NCBI GenBank assembly: GCA_030295235.1
Contig: AP026164.1
Span: 1,054,001 to 1,118,000, forward strand
From: Fistulifera solaris
Lineage: Eukaryota
Length of the DNA: 64,000 nt
Direction of reading: 5' to 3'
Part shown: positions 24,516 to 36,616 of the stretch, one piece after another
Layout of the letters: every line of letters starts with the position of its first letter
Position numbering within the stretch: position 1 is the first letter of the stretch
Program-made: the position numbers and the translations under genes
Notes under the pieces: model-generated
Database searches by the model: none
Told to the model about the DNA's origin: nothing
Seen by the model: the letters and a program-made list of their open reading frames with translations, nothing else

Positions 24516-24940
24516 CGTCGTGTTTTGAATGAAATGCTATTATTGTGCGCCTTTCCATTTCTCCGAAACATTGAATGCTGATTGCTGATCGATGATCTGG
24601 TGCGGACTTTTGCGGACGAGAGAATTCCAACGAAGCACAAGAAAACCGCCAACCTCTCCGCTCCTGCTCCTGCGTCATGTTCAGCAAATGGGATCCTACA
24701 GCCTACAGTCTACGTCGTACTACGTGTTTTAATGAGTACCGCTACACTATCGTAGAATCACACAGTATGATATAAGAAACCAACATCGACCTTGGTTGTT
24801 TAACAGACACAGAACGGAATGAAAATGCTTCGTATCTCCAATCCGTCCGCGCCGGCCGATACCCACCGCAACTCTTTTGCACGACGTGCAATCACGCAAA
24901 CAAAACAAGGAGGACAAGAATTTTTCGTCAAAAGTAAACG

Positions 24941-25844
24941 ATGGCATTGCAATACGAATCGCACAATCAAGAGAGTCCTTTCGGACTATATGGCCCGTTG
25001 AATGAGAAGCTTAACTTCTTCCGGAACAAGCTCGACACGTGGGTCGAAAACCAGAAAGAATTAGCCGACAAAGTTGCTGCCGAACAGAAAGCGGCGATTG
25101 CAAAGAAGCAAGCAGAGGTTGATCACAACGTTACATCGCTTCTCGCTCTCACTATTGATGAAAATTTACATGTAGATGGGAAAGAGAATGTGCATGATGT
25201 GCAGGGACGAGTTGAGACCGAACAACAGCGCGTGGACACTCTTCAAAAGCAGCTCGACGGCAAGAAACAAGAACTTGAAGGTAAGTGATACATGCCAGTC
25301 AAGTCCACCTTCTTTTCGAGCCCTTTCTCATACTTCTCCCTTTTATAAAGAGCTGCGAAAAGAGTACAACGAGTTTAAAGAGCGAGCGGTCGAAGTTCGG
25401 CGACAAAAACAGGAGACGGAAATGTCAAAAGAAACAACGATCGACGATCTCACTCGAGGCATTATCAACTACAAATATCTCGGTTTGGATTTCGAACGCG
25501 TCCCAAATGATAAGCTACGGTAAGTCTCTATCTGAATTATTTCAGTAGCCTTCAAAGTATTCTCACCCGCAACAACCATCAGGTTTTGTTTCACCCAGTT
25601 GGACCCCAGCAATCCTTCGCGTAAATTTTGGTTTGAAATGGACGTCACAGAGCTGGATTGCTCAATTCCGAATTGTGAGCCTCCTATTCGATCAGAGACG
25701 AGAGAACAGTTGGTTCAGGCATTCAACAAGAATGAGGATATGCAGGAGTTTGTGTTAGGCATGCGACGCGCGTTTCTGGAAGTTTTGGCTGGTCAAGTCC
25801 ATACTCCGCCAACGACCAAGCAAAATCTGTCTATCTTGTCGTAA
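24941..25844 (+). CDS. SPC25: Kinetochore NDC80-complex subunit Spc25 (introns 25281-25350 and 25520-25582)
   Basis: N-terminal coiled coil, then the spliced sequence YKYLGLDFE...LRFCFTQLDPSNPSRKFWF...CEPP...FVLGMRRAF; canonical GTAAGT...AG introns. Confidence 0.85.
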
Positions 25845-25945
25845 GAAGGTGTATCACTACTACTTTAGTTTGACTACTTGCATCTAGAGCTTTAGTTTTC
25901 AGTCGTTGAATTGGTTTCATTGATACCAGGTAGATACGTGAAGAA

Positions 25946-27062
25946 TTAAGCAACAAGTTCTTCGAGCGATGGCATTCCATCGCCACGGAAATCGTTGATC
26001 AACGAAGGATATTTCTTCTTTATCTGTTCATCAGTCAACAAGCCATCCAGCAGTGCATCGAACGAGGGAGCACCTGCATGAACCAACTCGGCAGGAGGAT
26101 CAGGTAGATCCTTCAATGCTTTTGCCAGTCCTTCTTCTTGATTTAATTCGAAAGTGACACCATCCGTCGCCGCCCCCTTCAATAGCGTAGCAACTGTGAC
26201 TAAGGCAACATCCTCTCGAGAAACTTCAGAAGCGTAGACATCACCTTGAGACACGTGAACCTTGGCGGGGCCCACCGATTTTTTGTCGTTGAGACCTCCT
26301 GGTCGAACGACAGCGTAACCCTGGATCCAGCAGACGCATACAAATCTCTCATTGCAGCCTCTCCCGCAATTTTGCTATCCATAATGCGGTCACCATAAAC
26401 AAACTTCACAAAGTAGTTGGTAGCCTTAAACCCCAGACTGTCAGGACGAGTTGCAGTAGCGGCACTGACTACGACGAGCTTGGAGACTTTCTGATCGAGG
26501 CACGCTTTGGCTGCGTTGTACAAGCCCAAATAATCGACAGCAACTGGCTCACCTCCTTTCTTTTTACCACTTGCAGAAGCGGCAAAAATAACTCCAGATG
26601 CTCCCTTTACTGAGTTTTCCAAGCTTTCAAGCTGCGTCACGTCAGCTTGTGCGTACGAGACGAAGGGACTTTCCTTCTCCAAGATGGACCGACCGGAACG
26701 AGTTGTTGCTCGTACGTAGAGACCCTGATTCGCCAAGATTTCGGTGCACAACTTGCCGACTTTTCCACCAGCTCCAAGAACAACAATAGGAGAATCAGGA
26801 CTGGAACCAATTCCTCCTTCAGCAGCGTTTGCGACTTGGGAGAACATAATGGAAGCTGTTACACTAACAATTGCCTGAGAAAAAGGTCACGTCGACTGAC
26901 GGCAGCGGAACTACCATCAGCTTGTATGGATGGCTCAAACGCGTGCGAAGTAGTCTCGTGTGAAAAAAGTGCTTTGGTTTTTCTGGAAGAAGTGACAGGA
27001 GGAACTGTGTATCCTGTCACCAGAGGAGCCAGAAGTAACAAAGACGACAAGCAAAACTTCAT
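25946..27062 (-). CDS. NAD(P)H-binding Rossmann-fold (atypical SDR) protein with signal peptide; two apparent frameshifts
   Basis: VVLGAGGKVG, VDYLG, SKIAGE, VRPGGL (frameshifted), VSREDVA. Confidence 0.8.
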
Positions 27063-28495
27063 ATTGAATTTATATTGCGATGCAACACCTGGTGATTGGT
27101 TAATGAGTTTCCTATTTCTTTTGGAGACGGGAGACGAGCACCGAGCACTGGCAAAATGAACGACAAACCATCGAAATGATTCGAGATCGTCGCCATTTTC
27201 TCCAGATCATCGTCACCTGCATGCCTGCAACACACAAAACCAAAAGCTTTTGTTGCAGATGACAGATCGCTGATGTCATCCATGTACTTTGTAACCTTGG
27301 TATATAATTTGGTGTAGGCTGGCAGTGTGTCCCGGTAAATATTTCGAAAGTCGTTTAGTCACGAACCACAAACAGGGTCCAGTCTGTCCATGCACCCTCC
27401 ATCGGAATTTCGTAAACACACTGCGATGTTTAAAACCGTGTTGGTACCGCTACGATAACAGAAACAACTACTAATTTTCTCTTACAAATCAGCCCATAGT
27501 GGAAGCAAAGACCAAACCTTACCAGGCACCGGTACCGGTAACGTACCGGTTCCAGGTATTTTGCACAAGAAAATTCTTGCCATTTCTTCAAAATCAATCG
27601 CTCAAGTAAGAAGATACTCCGTATGAGTCTGTGGAAAGACGCAGAAGGTGCTCGACATCTTTTCTTACTGATTATCATGTCATTTTGTCGTCGACACTCA
27701 TCGAGTGAGGGCCTTTGACCTTTGACAGCGACACAACTCGCACATTACAGTCAGCAGTCAGCGTCAACCATCCTTCTTCTGAACTTCTTACCCGATGTTA
27801 TGACTTTTTATAGTCAACAAGGGCTACAGTTGACACTCGATAGCAGAGACGCAAAAGCTGTTTTCAGGTTCACAGCAAATAGCCGCACTACCTGGTATCA
27901 TCTTATGAAACGATTAAACCCTCTTGAGAGATTCGGTTAGATTTCCTAGCGGACTCTAAGTATTGAACGATTTCTTATTTTCTTGGCATTTACCTTTCCT
28001 TGTAAGTGCGAAACCGCTCAAACGACGTTCACCGTCAACTGGTTGACCCATTATATATACTCCATAAATCATTTGCTTGCATAACCGCGATAAAGTCAAG
28101 GGATGGACACAGAAGCCTCGCAAATCGTAACGTAAACCACTCCCCAAACCTGAGTGCCAATACCAAAAAGCACAGACGCAAAAACAAGGGTCTCGCTCGC
28201 GTGGAAAGTCAGTGGTAATCTCGTTTCGTATAGCTTGGAAAACATTAATGTTATTGTCTGTTCAGGGTGGCAGGGGTTTTCGGTTGGAGGGAACGTCTTC
28301 GTCGTTTCACGATGAGTATTCACTATGAACTGGTACATGTGAATGAGTTGGGCTAGTTTCTCAGGCCGCACTTCCATTGAAATAACAATTGAAATTAACT
28401 TTTTTATTTAAGAAATATCAGCTGCCAACGAAACTGGCTGCAGAAATAACTTGTTGGAGAAAGATCCGCAAAATTAACCGAACGTCGCTTCGACG

Positions 28496-31400
28496 CTAAG
28501 GGCATGAGCGATCTCCGCAGCAATTACATTCGATGTTACAACCCACACTCAATTCTTCGAGCTTTCCCAAACCAGTGCCGCGCCTGCTGCATAGAGCTGT
28601 GGATACCGCACCACTTAAAAGAGGATTATTCCCTAGTCTTAGTAACTCTGAAATTGTAAATAAGTCAGGCACGAATCGAAGTTATGTTGAATCTTGCCGA
28701 TGCACGTACCCAATATCATTAGATCATCAAACGCAACTGGGATGACTCCAGAAAAGTTATTGCCGTCTAAGCTAAGTTCCATAATGGTTGCATTCAGCCC
28801 GCGGAAATCTTCTGACAGCTCACTCCCAAAATTGGCGTTCGATAAGTGAAGCTCGCTGAGGACGGGGAGACGGAAGAGTTCATTAGGTAGTTCTCCCGAC
28901 ATACTCGTATTTCCTAGGTTCAAAACACGGAGGTTGGTCATTAAGGATATGCTGCTCGGTAAACTGCCTTCGATATCATTACCGGCGAGCTGCAGTTCTT
29001 GTAAGTTACCATTGTAAATCTCCGTGGGAATCGAGCCAGAAAACTTGTTATTCTGCAAATTCAGGATCTCTGCCACAAACCAAACTGTCAGAGCAAATGG
29101 CGACGGGCGAGATTATCAAGAGCTCAGTGACCTTACCTAATTTCGGAGCAAGCCCCATTTCAGACGGAATTTGACCAGACAGTCCGTTTCCTTCAAGCAG
29201 AAGCGTTGTTAAGTTGTCGAGTTTGGCCAAGGAAGTAGGTAAGCTGCCTTTGATGCCATTACGAGCCACGTTAAATAATGCTAGATTCGGATGGGCATCG
29301 ACAGCGAGTGCAGAGATGTCACCCGTAAAAGAGTTACCTTCCAAATACAAGCTTTCAAGTTTCGCGAGAGTTGAAAACACAGACAAAATGCCGCTGGTTT
29401 TACGATTCCTTGGTAAATGAAACAACTTGAGATTAGATAATTTCCCGATTTCGGCTGGCAAACGAGAGTTTAGCACAAAAACTTCATCAGGACCGAAAAA
29501 CCCTGCTCAAACTCTCTTTCAGCTTGTTCTGTTTAACACGAAAGAATGAGATTGACAGTTAAAATCAGACACAAAAAACTTCATTTTCACCACATACCGA
29601 AATTCAATTTCTCGATTATACCGTTGTCATCGCATCCAACGGCCGCCCAGTCACATTCGTCTGTTGTCGAAAGCCATGATTGTTCACTAGCATAACAAGT
29701 TTTTTGGAGATTGCACTGATTCCAAGAGTCACCATTCATAGCGAAGTAAAACACAGCAAGAATGTACCGCTGAAGGAGTTTGGCTTCATTATCCTGCAGA
29801 TTATCGTAGTCATCCGTTGAAGCTATCCACTTCGCAGCTTTGTTCTGCACAGATTCACGATTTCGTAGTACTGAAATATCTGTGATGGCAGATAAACGCT
29901 CAAGCAGCAAAGGAAAAGACGCGCTGGTGGGTGCAGCAGAAGGAGCAGGAGTTGGAGGGTCGGTTGCAATGGTCTCTTCCTCGCTGTTGTTTGAAAGGAG
30001 GACCGCGGGAACGACAGCAGCTATCACAACTAACACTAAAAGGGCCGCGCCATAACATACGAGCCTTTTGATGCTTCGACGTTCCCACTCTGCGTTAACT
30101 TCATCTTTTCCTGAAATAACGGCTACACCAGTTGCATCAACGACGGTCTCAGCGAAAAAAGGTACACCTGGGTTGGCAAGTGCCGGCTGTTCTGGGTCAG
30201 GGTCATTTCTTGCAGAATTCGGTCCCGAAATGTCTTCCGAGATAGGTGAAGGTGGCACGTCAACTCCCAGATGATCGGGCTCGGAAGCATAATCCCCGTA
30301 ACTGAATTGGGGTTTCCAGTCGTTTTCTGCATCTATGGCTTGAAAGTCAAGAGACGGTACTGTTCGATCTGTGCTTGCCATCTCAACAGACTGAGTCTTG
30401 CTCAAGAGATCTGTAATCGTTGACGAAGGACCCTGAAACTGCATACCCTTACTCGACGCCAAGCCTTGAGCATTTCCTTGTTCATAGTGCAAACCTTGAC
30501 GTTGTGGTGCATGTTTACGAACTAAATCTTGCTCGAGCTGTTGCAAAGAGGTCGACATACCGACCGCGACAGCACCAGGTTTTGCTGCAACGGCTCCTCC
30601 CGCCTGTCGCTTTGTTGCGATGCCTTGCTCCAATGCTTGCAAAGTGTTTCGACCACCAGCTCCAGCCTGCTTCGCGTGAATGTCACGTTCTAGCTGTTCC
30701 AGCGCATTGGTACCGATCGCGACAGCTCCGGGCGTTGCTGCAGCGCTTGCACCCACTTGTCGCTTAGTAGCAATATCTTGTTCTAGTGATTGTAAGTTGT
30801 TTCGCCCGACACTCGCAGCTTGCTTTACGTGTAAGTCACGTTCTAGCTGCTCCAATGAGGTTGAAGGGCTGACCGCGACGGCCCCGGGTTTGGCTGCAAC
30901 ATTTCCACCCGCCTGTCGCTTGGTCGCAATGTCTTGCTCTAACGCTTGCAAGGTGCTGTGCCCAACAGACGCGGCTTGCTTTACGTTCAAATCACGTTCT
31001 AGCTGTTCCAACGAAGAAGAAGCACTAACTGCGACGGCTCCGGGCGTAGTAGCAGAGTTTGCCCCCGCTTGCCGCTTTGTAGCAAGATCTTGCTCCAGCG
31101 CCTGCAAGGAGTTTCGCCCAGCACTGCCTGCCTGCTTGGCGTTTATGTCACGCTCTAGCTGTTCCAAAGAAGACGACGCGCTAACCGAGACGGCCCCCGG
31201 TAACGTAGCACGACTGGAAACCTGCAGCTTTGCATTTGAAGTGCGGTCGGAACCGCCCACACTGACAGCACCGGGCATGGTAGCCGCCGCCGTCGGTCGA
31301 TTCTGTTGTTTCGAAACTATATCTTGCTCCAACTTCTGGACCTTTTCAAGTTGCGTGCCCGCAGTGGTAGTCTCTCCTTCGTTGGCAGACTGACCTTGAG

Positions 31401-31515
31401 ACGGGGAGGTCAAACCCTGTCCAGCCAGAGCGCTCTCGTCGGATTTTGCTTCGTTGGCGTTCACTCGACCTTGCGTCTTCTCCTTCTCATCTGACTTCTC
31501 GTCGTTAGGATTCAT
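28496..31515 (-). CDS. Diatom-type single-pass LRR protein with a repetitive N-terminal region (multi-exon)
   Basis: Repeated PGAVAV motifs, TM segment LVCYGAALLVLVVIAAVVPAVLL, QRYILAVFYF..NG..W...WLS...ECDW..V.C cap, LRR exons (LxLxGNxLSGxIPxE), C-terminal ECNCC. Confidence 0.85.
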
Positions 31516-32138
31516 CTTTGCGCAATTTAAAAGGAATGACACTTCTTGGTAATGCTTCTGATGCTCTCTATGAAGAACGAAAGCAGAAAGCTAACTGGTA
31601 AGAGGACGACAAATGTTTTTCGTTGTTTGTGACTTCGCTGTTGACGCGATGGTCACAAGAAAAATGCGCCATGGGAAAATTTCGGCGCGGCGATTCCCCA
31701 CTCCCCACTCCCCACTCCCCACCCCTTACTGTACCCCTTCTTACACAGTAATGTACCGAGTGCCTTTAATATGCGCAACACTCGACTATCAGAAGTCAAA
31801 TGACCTCCTCAGAATATTGGACGAAAGGTACGAATTTATTCGCATTCGCCGCACACGCGTTTTCTCATCCTTTCTTTACAACTGCAAAAGATCACTCACA
31901 TTTCAGTCCTGGTTCGTTGAACGTACAATTTAGCTCATGACTCACTGCACACGAACATGATCATGACTCGGATAATACGTGACTGAAACGCAAACGATAT
32001 ATCAATGTCATTTATTGTTTGCTGGTATTTTGCGTCCTTGGTCTTTCGTTCATTTCCCCCAAACTGCTGAGCTGTCGACATTTCACAACGTTCCGGCTAC
32101 TTTATATTTAAACGAAGGACTAATTGAAAAGAAAAAGG

Positions 32139-33377
32139 ATGTTTCGCCGGGCGCTGGCGTCTCGGAGTTCGGATCAACACCGCAGCGTTGTTGCTGATGG
32201 TAACACACCTCGACCATTGCGTCGACGACGTCCACGAAATGTTTTAGGCATTGGCGACAAAAACGAGATAATATTGTACGGATCTTTATTTTTGCTCGTG
32301 CTGTTCCTTGTGTCACTTTGTTGGCTTATAAAAAGCCGCATTTTTGGAAATCTTTGGTCGACTGAACAGCTTGAAGAGATTCACTTGGCGCCCCTCTTGC
32401 AGATAGACTTGGAAAAGTACACTATACGGATAAATACCTGGAAACGTCTCGAGACATTAACAATATCCCTGGATCATCACCTTTCGTGCCCAAATGTAGC
32501 ACAAATACAAATCATTTGGTGCACAGCTCAAGGGCCCCCACCAGAATGGTTAATGTCCATGGAAGATGTTGTTGTAGAACTACATGAAGAAAACACACTC
32601 AACGAGCGGTTCCGCGTCTTACGACCGGCTCCCACGAAAGGAATTTTGAGTTTAGATGACGATATTTTGCGTCCCTGTATCGCGTATGACTGGGCTTTTG
32701 CAAAGTGGACTCAGCATCCGTCGAGAATTGTCGGCTTCGACGCGCGATCTCACGAGATCGCGAGTGACGGTCGATGGAAATATGCATATATGAGTACAAC
32801 CGAAAAAACGAATAAGTATTCTTTGACCCTCACGAGGTGTTGTTTCGTTCATGTTGACTATCTCAATTGGTACATGGAAAATCCTTTCTTCGCACCAATA
32901 CGAAACATGGTTGCGGACTATAACAACTGCGAAGACATTGCTTTGTCTTTGTTGGTGTCCAGTCAAACTGATGGGAAGCCTCCTTTGTTGGCAGATCTTT
33001 GGGCTGTTAAAAGTATGATCAAGCTTGACAATAACCAGGGCAAAATTTCGGCAGGCAAAGATCACAAGAGCTTACGAGACAACTGCGTTAATACATTTTC
33101 CCAGCAGCTTGGGCTCAAAAATAAGCTTGCGGTCAAAAAATTGAGACACGGCTCGCTTTTCGAGTACGGCGATGCGGTGCAATGGGAAGCTGCAACTCAC
33201 TGGAACAACACAAGTCAACGCATCAAACGATGGAAGGAAGATGCCAATCTATTGAAGTCGGAGCTTATGGATCTTCGTGCCGGAGCTGCGGTAGCCGCAT
33301 ACGAGGCTGGCTTAGTCGAAGGCAGCGATCCTTGGCAGAGACGCTTCCATGGTCTGAACTCAAGTATTCACAACTAG
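32139..33377 (+). CDS. Glycosyltransferase family 64 (EXTL2/EPC1-like)
   Basis: N-terminal TM anchor, YTIRINTWKR, LNERF, ILSLDDD, RIVGF..RSH, NNCEDIALS, RDNCVN. Confidence 0.9.
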   Translation: MFRRALASRSSDQHRSVVADGNTPRPLRRRRPRNVLGIGDKNEIILYGSLFLLVLFLVSLCWLIKSRIFGNLWSTEQLEEIHLAPLLQIDLEKYTIRINTWKRLETLTISLDHHLSCPNVAQIQIIWCTAQGPPPEWLMSMEDVVVELHEENTLNERFRVLRPAPTKGILSLDDDILRPCIAYDWAFAKWTQHPSRIVGFDARSHEIASDGRWKYAYMSTTEKTNKYSLTLTRCCFVHVDYLNWYMENPFFAPIRNMVADYNNCEDIALSLLVSSQTDGKPPLLADLWAVKSMIKLDNNQGKISAGKDHKSLRDNCVNTFSQQLGLKNKLAVKKLRHGSLFEYGDAVQWEAATHWNNTSQRIKRWKEDANLLKSELMDLRAGAAVAAYEAGLVEGSDPWQRRFHGLNSSIHN

Positions 33378-34105
33378 GCGGTGCAGGAAGTCGCAAAATG
33401 TGTTCTGACAGGCTAATTTCGTCCAATGAATCATGGTTTGGAGTAACTCTAGTACCCCTACTAAGCTGTTAGGTCGGATGATTTTGAGGACATTTTCGGT
33501 TCTCCTTGTCAGTGGAGTTTGAAAGAATTTTATCATTCGCGAAAATTCAAAAAGTCGACGATCCGTTGATACGTCGAAAGTATGTTTTATCAAAAAGTTT
33601 TGTTCAGCTACTTCCGAGATAACCACTAAACTCAATGATGACTATTGTTAGGTCTAGTCTAAATGTTGACTGAGATGCTCGAAATTTTGTGGAAAATTGT
33701 CCCGAGTGCTGCACTTCAGAACGCACTATAGTCTCAAAGTGTGAATGACATTTCCAGACGACTGGATTTTTAGTCATGAGATAGATAAGGTCCTTTTGTT
33801 TATTCAATTTATTTGTGGAAAGTATACGAACCACTTCATCGATGATAAAAGGAAGAAGATGCGTAGTCCATGCCTCCTTCAACAAATAAAATAATGTATT
33901 GGGATAGCACTCAAGTAAAGTTTATCATAAACTAAACATAACTAGCAGATCCACTGACGTACCAAAACAGACTGGCTCCCAACCACGATTTTGCTGCGTT
34001 ACCTGGTACGGTAGCCCCTTTGATTTTTTGTTTCTGTTGATCGACCTTGCTAGAGCGATAATAACAATAGCTGTACCTGGTACAGCAAATATATAAAATT
34101 TGACA

Positions 34106-34702
34106 ATGGCCCGAGGAAAATTTAACAAGCGTGCCGGAGGTCCGCGTTTGGACGCGGTGAACGCGGAGGAGATTGAAATTCGCAATGCGCAGATGGAGGA
34201 ACTCGAAGAGCAAAGAGCCAGTCGACGTGCTGAAGAAGATGGAGACGAGGACGAAGGCGGTGACGAGAAAGAGAAGGAAAAGAAAGAAGAAGACGAAGCT
34301 CCGCAGCAAACCGAAAGAAAGAAAAAGGACGGTGCCCCTGCGGGTCCTGTGGCCCCAGTGACAACAGAAGCGGACCACAAAAGGAACCTGGCGAAACTGG
34401 CGGAAGTTCGCAGACGTCGAGAGGAAGCAGAAATGAAAAGAAAGCAAGAAGAGCAACTAGAGAAGGAGCTCGAAGAAGAGCGAAAGAGACTTGCTGAGCT
34501 TGCAACAAAAGGTGATGACGACGATGGTGGTAAAAAATCAAAATCGTCCAAGAAAACTATTCCCAAGCTGGATAAGATTGCTATCAAAAAGATGAAACCA
34601 GCGCAAATGAAAGAAGCTATGAAGGAACGGGGCTTGGATATCCAAGGGAACGCGAAAGAGTTGTTGCAAAGGCTTTTGGATTACGAAGCCAACCGTTCGT
34701 AA
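34106..34702 (+). CDS. PDAP1/PP28-like protein with a C-terminal SAP domain
   Basis: MARGKF start, acidic tract, NLAKLAEVRRRREEA (PP28-like), MKPAQMKEAMKERGLDIQGNAKELLQRL (SAP-like). Confidence 0.7.
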   Translation: MARGKFNKRAGGPRLDAVNAEEIEIRNAQMEELEEQRASRRAEEDGDEDEGGDEKEKEKKEEDEAPQQTERKKKDGAPAGPVAPVTTEADHKRNLAKLAEVRRRREEAEMKRKQEEQLEKELEEERKRLAELATKGDDDDGGKKSKSSKKTIPKLDKIAIKKMKPAQMKEAMKERGLDIQGNAKELLQRLLDYEANRS

Positions 34703-34797
34703 AATTGAAAACATCGGATGTAGTAGATTCGAGTACATTCACCATGAACGGCGATTGAGCCTTACGATCAAACAATTATCTACCATTATTCTTTTTT

Positions 34798-35983
34798 TTA
34801 TACTAAGCACATTGTGTATTCATTTTCTTCACCTTCCAAAGCGACCAATCGATCTCCCAGAATTTCTTCCAATTCGGGTCGACTAAGTCTTGCCGCTTTT
34901 TCCTCTAGCGCAACTTTGCGAAGAAACGTACCAAGTGCATCTAAACTGGCCTGTTGCACCATGATTAAATCCTCTGATGCGCCCTCCAACATGCACTTCT
35001 CCCAATCATCCCATGAATCCAATATGGTGGGCAGCAAGAGTGCATCAATCACTCGTACACCAAACATAGTTATCGCGACAATCCCGCCATATTGGCTGGC
35101 CCAGACTTTCGGATCGCTGGAAGGCTGCTGCACGGCCTGCCACAAAGCTCTGAGAACTCGTGGCTTCAGGTTGATGTATTCTGTCCCAAACTGTTGACAT
35201 GCTTGAAACAATGCATGAGCTGCTTCGGGACGTATTTTACGATTCGGTAATTGCTTAGCCACAATACACGTGACCAAGGCAGGTAGTAGTTCGTGTAAAT
35301 GCGATTCCAAGTGCAAATGCGGATTAGAAAGTAGAGCGGCAGCCAGCCGAATGGGTGCCTCTGCCATGGTGCGGTATAGCTCCTGTTGACAATATCGAAC
35401 TAAGAACGGGACGAGTTCTTGCAAGCCAGTATCAGTCGCGACTGACTGTAAGACAGCATCCTGTTGTTGCTTCGACCCAGGACGCTCCATGCCAGCAGTA
35501 ACCCGATGGAAGTACAGCTGAAGCTCTTCGGACAGGAGGCTGCTTTGCAACTGATGAACTTGCAACAGGTGGGTCGCGGACGCAGTCGTTTCCGGAAGCG
35601 ACATGGCTGTCGAAGCTACAGCATGATTCAATTTAGGAGCATTCGTCACATTTCCGTCCACAGCTAGCCACTGCACATGTGCACTGATTTCGTTGGGCGG
35701 TGCCGGCATGGTATCTTGTCGACGCAAAAAGTCAAGTTAAATTAACGCTGCGCTGCGGGTCATCGAACTCGGGAAGAGTAACTGCGTACAACCGCTCCTG
35801 CCCTTGTAGCTGCAACGCCATATTGATATCGCTAGCGTGTAAGCGATACCTCACATCAGCTCCGTTATGCAAGCGAGCGCGCTTCGTGTGGCGCTGAACG
35901 ACAATAGCATCACGGACCGTCGTAGAAATATGTTCTTTTACCAGGTCAAGCAAAACCTGACGGGCTTGAGGTTGCATCGACAT
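34798..35983 (-). CDS. TAF6: TFIID subunit 6 (TAF6), apparent frameshift near 35727
   Basis: Histone-fold-like RLHASDINMAL..ERLY, then HVQWLAVDG, LSEELQLYF, TDTGLQELVPF, NPHLHLE..LHELLPALVTC. Confidence 0.85.
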
Positions 35984-36616
35984 AGCTAACCTTCAAATAT
36001 ATGTGTTCAAAATAATGATAAGATTTCAAACACAAGCTTCTGTTTTTGAAAAGGCAGTGGAAGCGAAAAGCTTTTACTTGTAGTGCGTCGTTGCGTCTTG
36101 TGATCTTGTTACGTGAAAGGCTGCTCGGAAGTACTATCTCCTAAACTGTTGGCTTCACGTTATCATGACTGACTCAAATTCAGTCATGACTTGATACATA
36201 TCCGGGCCAGATTGTCACTTACTTTTCGTTCTTTTGCAAGCTTGTTGACCCTCACTTGGGTTGATCATGATCCAATTATTATAACATCACTTCATGCGGC
36301 CTGCGGGGAGCTTTATCTGTACTCACCCTTCCCGCGACTCAAACACCCAGTTCCAGAAAATCTGGATAAGGTGTAGTTGATCATACAAAACGTCTGTGTT
36401 TCAGAAATTTGGGATACAGTGTATTTCATCATACAGAAATTGTGGGTACGTTCTTTTCTTTCTGGAGACGTTGTATTTCATCATAAATTGTGTTTCAGTT
36501 GCAGAAATTCTGGATACGGTATATTTGATGATGATTTTCTTTGCCTCATTGATTATTTTCTACGCTGCGGCCTCCGAAGTGGAGAATGGACAAGCGATTT
36601 ACAATTCTTGTTGACG

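Noticed and set aside
4375..25844. CDC20 + SPC25 as a mitotic gene cluster around a centromere-like array
   Set aside because: Only two genes, 19 kb apart and interspersed with unrelated genes; compatible with chance
30680..34587. Long antisense ORFs (30680-31393 + and 33925-34587 -)
   Set aside because: Shadow ORFs of the LRR repeat region and of the E/K-rich PP28-SAP gene
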